From NCBI GenBank assembly GCA_951406725.2, contig OX597818.1, forward strand, positions 8,680,001 to 8,744,000: 64,000 nt of DNA, in the 5' to 3' direction. Both the position numbers and the translations under genes were made by a program. Positions 13,705 to 24,301 of the stretch are shown piece after piece. The notes beneath the pieces were generated by a model. It had not been told where the DNA came from. It did no database searches and saw only the letters and a program-made list of their open reading frames with translations. Numbering within the stretch: position 1 is the first letter of the stretch; the number at the start of each line of letters is the position of its first letter. The DNA comes from Octopus vulgaris (taxonomy: Eukaryota).

Positions 13705-13710
<6 letters not shown>
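10150..13710 (-). mobile_element. Degraded Penelope-like element with inverted terminal copy (arms ~10150-10625 and ~13248-13710)
   Basis: RT remnant LVSFNV..GIEAIKFW..LKFILQINYFLF (11561-12031); GIY-YIG FTCASENLIYVIIC (10761-10991); diverged inverted repeat; decayed hammerhead ~10236-10262. Confidence 0.8.
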
Positions 13711-13743
<33 letters not shown>

Positions 13744-13903
13744 GTGTGTGTGATTGTGTATAGAAGAATATATTAATAAAGAATTCCAACCTTGTCTGAT
13801 TTTCACGTTTTATTTACAATCTTATAATGATATATTATAAGATAATATATTATAATTGAGTAAAATAAAATGAAATAGTAGAATGTTAAATATTCATTCT
13901 GAT

Positions 13904-13947
13904 TGAACTAGTACTTTCATGCATTGAATTCTGCAACTTCGGGTTCA
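13904..13947 (-). ncRNA. Minimal type I hammerhead-like motif in Penelope terminal repeat (mirror copy ~16153-16191, + strand)
   Basis: TGAAC-CCGAAG(T/A)-TGCA gaattcaa TGCA T-GAAA-GTAC-TA-GTTCA: stem I, core, stem II, palindromic stem III. Confidence 0.6.
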
Positions 13948-14418
13948 TGTAGTAGTGTTGACAGTCATGCTTCACAATTTTTGACTGTAGCAAGATGAGT
14001 GATTCTTGCTATAAATACAGTGGTAGGCTCCAGAGTGCTAGGTTTTGCAAACTGTATTCTGACCAATCAGTGTGTGTATCACTCAATTACTTAAGCTGAT
14101 TGGTTGGTTGAGCTGATTGGTTTTATTTTATCAAGAGTCGTATCTTGACCCTGGCCGAAGCAGCAATTGTTGGGTTATTTTTAGAAATGTTGTAAATATC
14201 CTTTGTCAGAGATTTTTATATTTTTATATTTCAATTGTCATCATCATCATTGTCAGCACCTTAATTATTGTTGCTAGTGGTGATGGTGGTGGCAATAGAA
14301 CTTTTAACCCTAAATAAGATAATTTTCCTGCTATCTTCGTCTTGATCACCTTTAGTATTGTTGTTGTTGTTAGTGGTCATGGTCGTAGCAGTGGAAGTAA
14401 TACCTCTAAGTATTATTA

Positions 14419-15326
14419 TTATTGCTTATTTAGCTTGGGTTCGAATTTATCAATAAAATTCTTTTCTCTGATTTTCCTCTCGATTTCACTTGGGCTGTGT
14501 AATTTGTAGAATGGAAATATTATATATATTTTCCGACCACATGTTGCTAGGTGGTTACTCAAAGGTATCTGACGGACCTCTGGGTCTCTAATCTGTTGCC
14601 GGTGTACACGTGAGCGTTCTAATAGTGCGTTTCCCGTCTGACCTACATATATTTCTTCACAATTTGGGCATTTGATGCAGTAAATTAAATTTCTGCTTTT
14701 GCAGTTCATATTCGCGTTTGTGAATATTTTCCCGGTTTTGTGTTTATATATTGACCGGTATGTATGAATTGGCATGTGCCACATCGGCTATCATTGCATT
14801 TAGATACCGTGAATGTTTGGTCTTTGTTGCTGAGGTCAAATTTTGCCTTTGTTAGTAATGTTTTCAAGTTTTTAGGCTGTCTTTTACTAAGCACCATAGC
14901 TCGATCCTTGATTATGTCTTTTAATTCATTACTTTGGGCAATGATTGGTAGGTTTGCTTTGGCAATGTTGAAGATATTCTGGTGACATGGGTTGTGTGTC
15001 ACTATGAATGGTATGACTTGTTCTTGTTTTCCTCTTCCTTGGGTTGTCCTAAGTTGTTGTATAGGTATTTTTATAGCCCGCTGTATGCCATTTTCTATAA
15101 GTAGAGATGGGTATTTTTGTTTGAGCAAAAATTCTCTTAGTTCTATTAGGCGTTTGTTCCTGATATTTGCATCTTCTACAATAGTACAAATTCTTCTGGC
15201 TAGGCAGTATGGGATGTTACGTTTTGTATGTGGTGGATGGCACGACTTAAAATTTAGGTATTGATGTGTGTCTGTGTGTTTATAGTATATATCTGTGGTG
15301 ATGGTGGTGTCATTTTTAATTACCAT
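14419..15326 (-). pseudogene. Penelope RT thumb plus GIY-YIG endonuclease (one 1-bp frameshift at ~14737)
   Basis: Two overlapping ORFs; the inverted copy has the extra A that restores frame. Confidence 0.85.
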
Positions 15327-16317
15327 TATATCCAGGAATATTTAATTACCATTCATACATACCGGTCAATATATAAACACAAAAACCGGGAAAATATTCA
15401 CAAACGCGAATATGAACTGCAAAAGCAGAAATTTAATTTACTGCATCAAATGCCCAACCGGCAGACGGAAACGCACTATTACGTGTACACCGGCAACAGA
15501 TTAGAGACCCAGAGGTCCGTCAGATACCTTTGAGTAACCACCTAGCAACATGTGGTCGGAAAATATATATAATATTTCCATTCTACAAATTACACAGCCC
15601 AAGTGAAATCGAGAGGAAAATCAGAGAAAAGAATTTTATTGATAAATTCGAACCCAAGCTAAATAAGCAATAATAATAATACTTAGAGGTATTACTTCCA
15701 CTGCTACGACCATGACCACTAACAACAACAACAATACTAAAGGTGATCAAGACGAAGATAGCAGGAAAATTATCTTATTTAGGGTTAAAAGTTCTATTGC
15801 CACCACCATCACCACTAGCAACAATAATTAAGGTGCTGACAATGATGATGATGACAATTGAAATATAAAAATATAAAAATCTCTGACAAAGGATATTTAC
15901 AACATTTCTAAAAATAACCCAACAATTGCTGCTTCGGCCAGGGTCAAGATACAGGACTCTTGACCTGTCCAACAAAGCGTGATGCCTAAACCAATCAGCT
16001 CAACCAACCAATCAGCTTAAGTAATTGAGTGATACTACACACTGATTGGTCAGAATACAGTTTGCAAAACCTAGCACTCTGAGCCTACCCAGCTGTATTT
16101 ATAGCACAGAATCACTCATCTTGCTATCAAAAATATGATCAACACTACTACATGAACCCGAAGATGCAGAATTCAATGCATAGTACTATCAATCAGAATG
16201 AATATTTAACATTCTACTATTTCATTTTATTTTACTCAATTATAATATATTATCTTATAATATATCATTATAAGATTGTAAATAAAACGTGAAAATCAGA
16301 CAAGGTTGGAATTTTTA

Positions 16318-16373
<56 letters not shown>

Positions 16374-16494
16374 ATTTTAACATTTGTCATTTACTTAACG
16401 TCCCAAAGAGAAACACACGCCAAATGGTATGATTACAACCTTATTCAACTTTTCCTTTTTCTTCTCTAGGCTTTGCTTTTATTTATGCTTCACT

Positions 16495-16656
16495 CAAAGG
16501 TCTTCGTCGTAACTCAGCTCTGCTATCGCTAGACAGTAGTAGATAGGGACAGCGGGAATATCCTCTTCGAAGTTACTCCCGCCGTTTACCCGCGCTCGAT
16601 ACCGAGAACTTCTTTAAGCCCGTACCCTCGGCTCTGCATTCGCTAGACAGTAGATA
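16495..16656 (-). pseudogene. Rearranged 28S rRNA-derived fragments
   Basis: Reverse complement of 16571-16596 is AGCGCGGGTAAACGGCGGGAGTAACT (conserved 28S); two flanking diverged pieces of the TGTCCCTATCTACT..CTAGCGA..AGCC..GGG.ACGGGCTT 28S segment. Confidence 0.8.
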
Positions 16657-16830
16657 AATATTTTTAGCATATCAATGGCGATCACATACAAGATTGAAGC
16701 AGAAACAACTTTTAGATGGGATGCTTTTTATTTGTATTGAATTAATAAATAATAATTGATGTAAATCAACTATTGTTCATCAATATTTCTCCATTTTCTG
16801 TTTTCATTTAATATATATGTATATATATAA

Positions 16831-16865
<35 letters not shown>

Positions 16866-16888
16866 AATATATATATATATATATATAT

Positions 16889-17201
16889 GCGGGATAACCA
16901 CGAAGTGAACATCCAATATGCTAGATGTAGGCCCCATGTGGTCTGACCTCTAAGAAAAGATTGTTCTCAAGAAAATTCAGCAAATGCCAGAACGTAAGCG
17001 AGCAAAACAAATGAAAAGATACAAAATATAATGATTATTCACATACCTGGTATTTCAATACTCATATTTTGTATCATTACATCTTCTTGCTCACTTACGT
17101 TCTGGCGTTTGCTGAATTTTCTTGAGATTAATCTTTTCTTAGAGTTCAGAACATTGGGATCTACATCTAGCATATTGGATGTCCACTTAATGTCATCCCG
17201 C
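16889..17201. repeat. Fold-back / MITE-like element with ~130 bp imperfect inverted arms, between TA tracts
   Basis: CATCCAATATGCTAGATGTAG / CTACATCTAGCATATTGGATG; CTCAAGAAAATTCAGCAAA / TTTGCTGAATTTTCTTGAG; GCGGGAT / ATCCCGC termini. Confidence 0.85.
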
Positions 17202-17894
17202 TTATATATATGTAATATAAGTTTCTGAATTTTCAGACTTTTTTTATGTGGTAGGCCTCTGGATTAAATTGATATTAATCAAATTACTATTCAATTTTTA
17301 CACTTATTATCTAGATTTATATATATATGCATGCATATATGTATGTATGTTTACTTGTATTAATGTGTGTAGGTATATGATTTTCCGATCTGCCAGATAA
17401 TGCCGAGAAGTATCATGAAATTTTGATCAGTGTACATAAATTCCGATAATATCAGAATTTTAACGAAATGCATGGTAGGATTCTTCGCTCAATTTAAAAT
17501 CAGCCCTAACAAGTGCCGAAGGCACAATATATTTGATAATATAGAATACAAACTATAGCATCAATAGCTAAGAAATTTCATTTCTTGAAGCAGTTTCAGT
17601 ATCTAACATGGATCGTCACTATTATGTAATTATTAACAGCATAATTGTAAAGGACGTGAGATTTTAACTTCTCAAGGATATTTTCGAAATTAACCATTAA
17701 AAAGTAATTATCCTGTCTTGTACAATTAAGTTGTTAGTAATCAGATCATTGTGAATTGTGAAGACTCTAATGAATTAGTGAAACGTCTGTAGGAAATGAA
17801 AAATTTTGAAATCATAATTATATCGTTATCTTCTATTTTTCTTTTTTACAATTTATATATATATACATGCATGTGTGTCTGTGTGCAAGTATGG

Positions 17895-17967
<73 letters not shown>

Positions 17968-18099
17968 TATAATGTATGTATATATATATAGATAGATAGA
18001 TAGAGAAAGAGAGACAGACAGACAGAAACGCAGACAAGTAATTATATTTGTATATATATGGGGGGGGGGCGTATGTGTGTGTGTATTTTAGACCACCTC

Positions 18100-18860
18100 A
18101 TATATGTTGCGGTTTTTTCAATTACATAAACTGAAAGTCGGGGTTGTACGGTATAACCTACCTGCATCAACTTGCTCTAAATGCAGGTAGTAACTTTACG
18201 TGGTCCTTATTCTCAGTGCTAGTTTCGAAGAAAGCAGTTCGATTTTAACAGATATTTTTCAAAGCTATAATGGAAGTAACAAAGGAGCCTATTCGGCATA
18301 CTTTACTTTATGAGGCCAATAAAGGCTGCAACGCAAAGGAAAGTGCGAGGAATATTAATGCAGTATATGTGTACCGAACAACACGCATAAGCCAGTGTCA
18401 ACGGTGTTTCCAGAAATTCCGAGCCCAAAACTACAATCATCCTGAAAGATCCGTAGAGATCGACGAGGATATTCTGCACACCTTGGTGGAACAAAATCCC
18501 ATTGTAACTGCTGAGGAACTAGCAGAGAAGCTTGGATTTGGTCATTCAACCATTTGTCGACATCTCCGTACCATCGGAAAAGCCAACAAATTCGTTTAAT
18601 AGGTTTCTCACAAACTTCCTGAGTCTAATTGCGCGTAAAAGGTGAATGTGTGCTCTTCTTTGCTGTCACGTCTCACAAATGATCCGTTTTTGGACTGAAT
18701 AATGACTGGTAACGAGAAATGGGTTCTCGATAAAAATGCCAAGCGCCGAAGACTTTGGGTAGGGGAAGATGAAACGCCGGCATCCCAGGCTAAAGAAGGT
18801 CTTCATTCATGTAATGTGTTATCTGTTTGGTGAGATATGAAATGTTTAATCCACTTAGGA
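18100..18860 (+). mobile_element. Mariner transposon 5' fragment (HTH region and start of DDD domain)
   Basis: ORF 18270-18599 IRHTLLYE..ARNINAVY..EELAEKLG..STICRHL; downstream IMTGNEKWVL; related 5' fragment at ~33356-33500. Confidence 0.85.
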
Positions 18861-19049
18861 CTTTCAATGCTTTCGTCGGAACGAGTCGTCACAAGTAGTC
18901 ACTTGTTCAAGGTGCCATGCAGTGGGACTGAACTCAGAACTTTATGGCTTCTTACCACAGAGCCACACAGAGCGCGCGCGCACACACACACACACGCACA
19001 CACACACATATATATATAAAATAACAAACAAAGGAAAAGAATTCTTTCA

Positions 19050-19450
19050 AAGCGGTACTCTCTCTCACTCTCACATATAAACGCAATGCATTTTCCCTCA
19101 CCAATGCCTATAGATGAGTAAACTGAAACTATTTCCATACTACCTACTTGACAACTTGTGAGGCTGTTGGAGTGGTTGCAACTACTCACTCTATTGAGGA
19201 AATCCTCTGTGCTCATCCAGACATCTGGGAATATTTTAATGAGTGGTCGTAACACCTGCGAGAGAAACTAGGATGGCATATAATTGCTGGTGATATTCGC
19301 TCCATAAGCTGGGTTCGCGGCTCCATAACGTGGTTTACGTAGGGTTTATGGTCCTTAGATATCCTGTATAGCGTAGGAACATGGCTATTGAATACTTGGA
19401 AATTTTGTGCAGTCCGTTTCTTGAGTTGGAGTAGTTTGCGCCACATTCCC
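19050..19450 (-). mobile_element. Penelope-like RT remnant
   Basis: PTLYRISKDHK (cf. P.LYGLPKIHK) and TEDFLNRV..SMEIVSVYSSI (cf. SLDV.SLYTNI). Confidence 0.5.
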
Positions 19451-19759
19451 ATGTGTGCATTGCGGGTTTTTGTACCCTTTGTCTGCGTGTGTGTGGGAGT
19501 GGATGGGGTGTTGCTGTTATTGTTGTCATTGTTTTTGCTTTTATCATCACTATTGTTGTGGTTATAATTGTTGTAGTTTTGGTTCTGTATGTTTGTGCTT
19601 TTGTTATGGGTGTAGGTGGAGGTGATGTTGTGGGTATCATTGCTGTTATTGTTATTGTTATTGTTACCTTTATCGTGGTTGTTAATACTGCTATTGCTAT
19701 ATATGTACACATATATATACATATATATATATACATACATATATATATATTTTAGGAGT

Positions 19760-20225
19760 AAAACCCATCGTTGATCGGGTAATTACTTTTACTGTTTCTC
19801 TCGAGCCACATTGAATGTATTACTTTATGCATAATTTACTCCTGTAGGTGTGCATGTTTTGAAGAGAAAGCTATGTAATAAGTAGAAGAAAGATCAAGAT
19901 CAATATCATTCTTTCTTGATTATCTGCAAGTCTTTTTGCAGTTTCTTGCTCACGATGCGATGCTTTTCGAAGACGATCAGCTCCAAATCGTGTATGTATT
20001 TCGCCTTCGTTTTCTGCTGCATGTAGAGCTGTCATTCTTTGTTTACTGTCGGAAAGTCCTGCATTTCGTCTATGTTCAGTTTCAGATGCAGGTCGAGCTT
20101 TGTTTCGCTGTCGCTGATCTGCAAGTGGTGAGCGTGTCTTATCTCCGTTTTCTGATGCACGTCGTGCATTGTTTGCTGTTCGTTTTGTGACGGTCTTTAT
20201 CATGTTAAAGCGGGTAAGAATACTG

Positions 20226-20229
<4 letters not shown>
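19760..20229 (-). mobile_element. Helitron-like 5' remnant
   Basis: Repeated RASE..R.(A)RL-type charged units (19871-20203) typical of Helitron RepHel N-termini; TC..ACCCGC start next to a TA tract. Confidence 0.5.
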
Positions 20230-20291
<62 letters not shown>

Positions 20292-20292
<1 letters not shown>

Positions 20293-20694
20293 TCTTTACT
20301 CTTTACTCTTTTACTTGTTTCAGTCATTTTGACTGCGGCCATGCTGGAGCACCGCTTTAATCGAGCAACTCGACCCCGGGACTTATTCTTTTGTAAGCCC
20401 AGTACTTATTCTATCGGTCTCTTTTGCCGAACCGCTAAATAACGGGGACATAAACACACCAGCATCAGTTGTCAAGCAATGCTAGGGGGACAAACACAGA
20501 CACACAAACACACATGCGCATATATATATACATATATACAACGGGCTTCTTTCAGCTTCCGTCTACCACATCCACTCACAAGGCTTTGGTCAGCCCGAGG
20601 CTATAGTAGAAGACACTTACCCAAGGTGCCACGCAGTGGGACTGAACCCGGGACCATATGGTTGGTAAACAAGCTACTTACCACACAGCCACTC
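20292..20694 (-). mobile_element. tRNA-derived SINE, family A
   Basis: Head GAGTGGCTGTGTGGTAAGTAGCTTG..GGGTTCAGTCCC (A/B boxes), internal CA/TA tract, GTAAAAGAG-type tail; copies at 21903-22311, 40688-40843, 59727-64000. Confidence 0.9.
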
Positions 20695-20827
20695 TTGTAT
20701 ACATGCATACAAAAATACATACATTCATACATACATAGGTATGCATAAATAAATATTTATTTGCATGGCTGAGACGCTGGAATCTAATATGCATTTAACA
20801 TGGATCAAAAATATCAAGATTGTTGAT

Positions 20828-20926
20828 TTCTTCTTCTTCTTCTTCTTCTTCTTCTTCTTCTTCTTCTTCTTCTTCTTCTTCTTCTTCTTCTTCTTCTTCT
20901 TCTTCTTCTTCTTCTTCTTCTTCTTC

Positions 20927-21024
<98 letters not shown>
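20828..21024. repeat. Compound microsatellite (TTC)n(TTA)n(TAG)n
   Basis: Direct reading. Confidence 0.95.
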
Positions 21025-21360
21025 CGTTATCATCATCTTCATCACCAACGTCATCATCATTAATATAAGAGTTATTCTTCTGTGGGTTATTATGAATTCA
21101 CAGGTGAAAGCGTTGATTATAGTGACATTAATCGACAGCAACAACATCAGAGGAACAGCTTTATGACTCTCTTGTCTTTCTCATACTGTCATTTTCAGTG
21201 GTATTTTGTTACAAAGATTGCAAATCACACCATTTGTTATGAAATAAGGTTTCTTTTTCGATTTTTGACGCAGTTGTCTTGTTATTCTTCCTGCGTGCAT
21301 TGTTTCCACACTATTACACGCAAAACGTACACGCATATATCTGTCTGTGCATATATGCAT

Positions 21361-21392
<32 letters not shown>

Positions 21393-21458
21393 GTATATAT
21401 ATATACACACACATATTTGAATATACATATATATATATACACACATATATGTATATGT

Positions 21459-21838
21459 GGAGGCGCAATGGCCCAGTGGTTAGGGCAGCGGACTCGCGGT
21501 CATAGGATCGCGGTTTCGATTCCCAGACCGGGCGTTGTGAGTGTTTATTGAGCGAAAACACCTAATTCTCCACGAGGCTCCGGCAGGGATGGTGGTGATC
21601 CCTGCTGTACTCTTTCACCACAACTTTCTCTCACTCTTACTTCCTGTTTCTGTTGTACCTGTATTTCAAAGGGCCGGCCTTGTCACTCTCTGTGTCACGC
21701 TGAATGTCCCCGAGAACTACGTTAAGGGTACACGTGTCTGTGGAGTGCTCAGCCACTTACACGTTAATTTCCCAAGCAGGCTGTTCCGTTGATCGGATCA
21801 ACCGGAACCCTCATCGTCGTAACCGACGGAGTGCTTCC
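21459..21838 (+). mobile_element. tRNA-derived SINE, family B
   Basis: Head TGGCCCAGTGGTTAGGGCAGCGGACTCGCGG..GGTTTCGATTCCC; near-identical copy at 50026-50410. Confidence 0.9.
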
Positions 21839-21902
21839 ATTCCATTATATGTATATATATATATATATACTATATATATATATATATATATATATACGTA
21901 TA

Positions 21903-22311
21903 CTCTTACTCTTTACTCTTTTACTTGTTTCAGTCATTTGACTGCGGCCATGCTGGAGCACCGCCTTTACTCGAGCAAATCGACCCCGGAACTTATTCTT
22001 TGTAAGCCCAGTACTTATTCTATCGGTCTCTTTTGCCGAACCGCTAAGTGACGGGGACGTAAACACACCACCATCGGTTGTCAGGCAATGCTAGGGGGAC
22101 AAACACAGACACACAAACACACACACACATACATATATATATATACATATATACGACAGGCTTCTTTCAGTTTCCGTCTATCAAATCCACTCACAAGGCA
22201 TTGGTCGGCCCGGGGCTATAGCAGAGGACACTTGCCCAAGATGCCACGCAGTGGGACTGAACCTGGAACCATGTGGTTGGTTAGCAAGCTACTTACCACA
22301 CAGCCACTCCT
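21903..22311 (-). mobile_element. tRNA-derived SINE, family A
   Basis: Aligns along its length with 20292-20694. Confidence 0.9.
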
Positions 22312-22324
22312 ATGTATATATATG

Positions 22325-22379
<55 letters not shown>

Positions 22380-23045
22380 TTATAAGTGTCTATGTAAATA
22401 TATATATATGTGTGTGTGAGAGAATTTGTGTATATATACAATGTTTACATAAATATATTCATTCATGTGATATACGTTCATATATATGTATGTATACACA
22501 CACACCACACACATACATATAATATGTATATAATATATATACATATATCTATTCACACACACCGATATATGAACATACATTTAACATTAAATTAGATTTC
22601 ATTTTTTATTTTTCCTTCTATTTTTTTAAACTTGTCTGGCTTTCCATATCATTAATCTTTCGAGTATTGTTTACAGTGTTGATAGCATTTCGTTCCTGCT
22701 GGGGAAATATTAAAATAAATATAAGAAATAAATCTGTCTGAAGGCGTTAAAAGTTCAGCACATAAGTACATAGGAAAAGAATACAGGCTAGGAGAAATAA
22801 ATTAGAAGATACTCTCTCGTGATTTTCTATTTATTTCCTTTTCTTTTAAATTGAATAACTACCCACATAAATGAGAGATTAGAAACGTGTGCGTCTATAT
22901 AGGTTCGTTCGTAATTATATATGTCAATATTCATACGTGTTTGTGGAAGACAAACATGTGTGTGTGTGTGTGCTCGCACCTATGAATATCTAAACATATT
23001 TATATTAATTATTTGCTTCTGTGCCTGTATATATACATATGCATA

Positions 23046-23094
<49 letters not shown>

Positions 23095-24301
23095 ACACAT
23101 ATATGTATGTATAAGTGTATTTATTTTTCTGAAAGAACAGTGTCATTTGATCATCTGAAATAAATGCTAATGTGTTTTAATTATATGATTGAGGAATATT
23201 ATTCCAATGAGGTGGTGGATAGATGAATAATTTAGATCATGGAAAAATATTATTCTGCAATATGTTACCGCTCTGTTTTGTCTGAGATCAAATGCCACAG
23301 GCGTATTAGACTTCATACCTCTTCAGCTTGACACCACTGATCCATCTGAGCCTTTCATTAGTCAATCCCACTATGTTACAATCACTTGATCGTGGCTTCT
23401 TCCATTCTCATTATAGATTTCGCACTCATTCTCAACAGTTTAAGGCAAGATTAGCACCTCACATAATTAAGACAGCAAAATCTCAGAAAAGTAGCGGAGG
23501 ATATGCCTTTGGGTGCTATTAGACCAATCGTGCAAAACTGCAAATATGTCGCTAAAATGTGGACATTATTCTGTGTAGTTGGGCATTGTTGTAAAATCAA
23601 CCTTTTCTCAAAATTACATTTCTGACTATGTGCAGGTCACGATATCTCCGAGAATAATTGATTAAATAGAATGACATTTTGTATGTGTATTACGTTGTTA
23701 CCTGCCTAGATGCTGTTCTAGTTTCACTAGATCACTTCAATTATTCATCTCCTAGAGACACTTGGATGTTATTACCCAGGAGTCAAAAACGCATATGGCT
23801 ATGAGCGACGCCACTACGAAATCTAGGTCAACTTCATCAATATCTTTGATTCAATGTCGTCTGTACTCCAGTCTGTTGGCAATCCAAGTTAGAACGTATT
23901 TGTTTCCTATGGTGGAAAAAATTGACCTAAATTAAGAGTTTGCCTTGTCGGTTATTTTGAATTTAGGATTAGGTCATGAATACATAAAGTGGAAATATGA
24001 ATATCATGTTCTGGGATAAATCTAACATTGTTCTTGATGTATGTCATATTTGGTTTACTTGGGTTTTATTTCCTCTGAGTGAGAGCATATTCAATTTCGG
24101 AATGTGTTCCTACGTCTAAGGTGTTAGTCTTGCCCAAATTACACCCGTAGATAGTTGTAGATACACATTTCTATTCGTGTATCTAAAAATGTAAATTTTA
24201 CCTTAAAATTATCAAATGTCCCGGAAATATTTCGATTAAAAATACCTCCTGAAAACGTTGCAATAGAGCAAGAAAACATTTGGCTTCATCTGGTCTGCAT
24301 T

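Larger units (their letters stand above)
13769..16325 (-). mobile_element. 5'-truncated Penelope-like element with ~1 kb inverted arms (13769-14768 / 15351-16325)
   Basis: RT C-terminus DIYYKHTDTHQYL..SCHP (14706-15326); GIY-YIG NLIYCIKC..YVGQT (14419-14784); right arm is the near-identical reverse complement of the left. Confidence 0.92.

Noticed and set aside
16571-16596. Functional rRNA gene
   Set aside because: Only short rearranged fragments, no rDNA unit.
21459-21535. Possible tRNA gene (also 50026 and 55085)
   Set aside because: Continues into a shared SINE body with no terminator; it is a SINE head.
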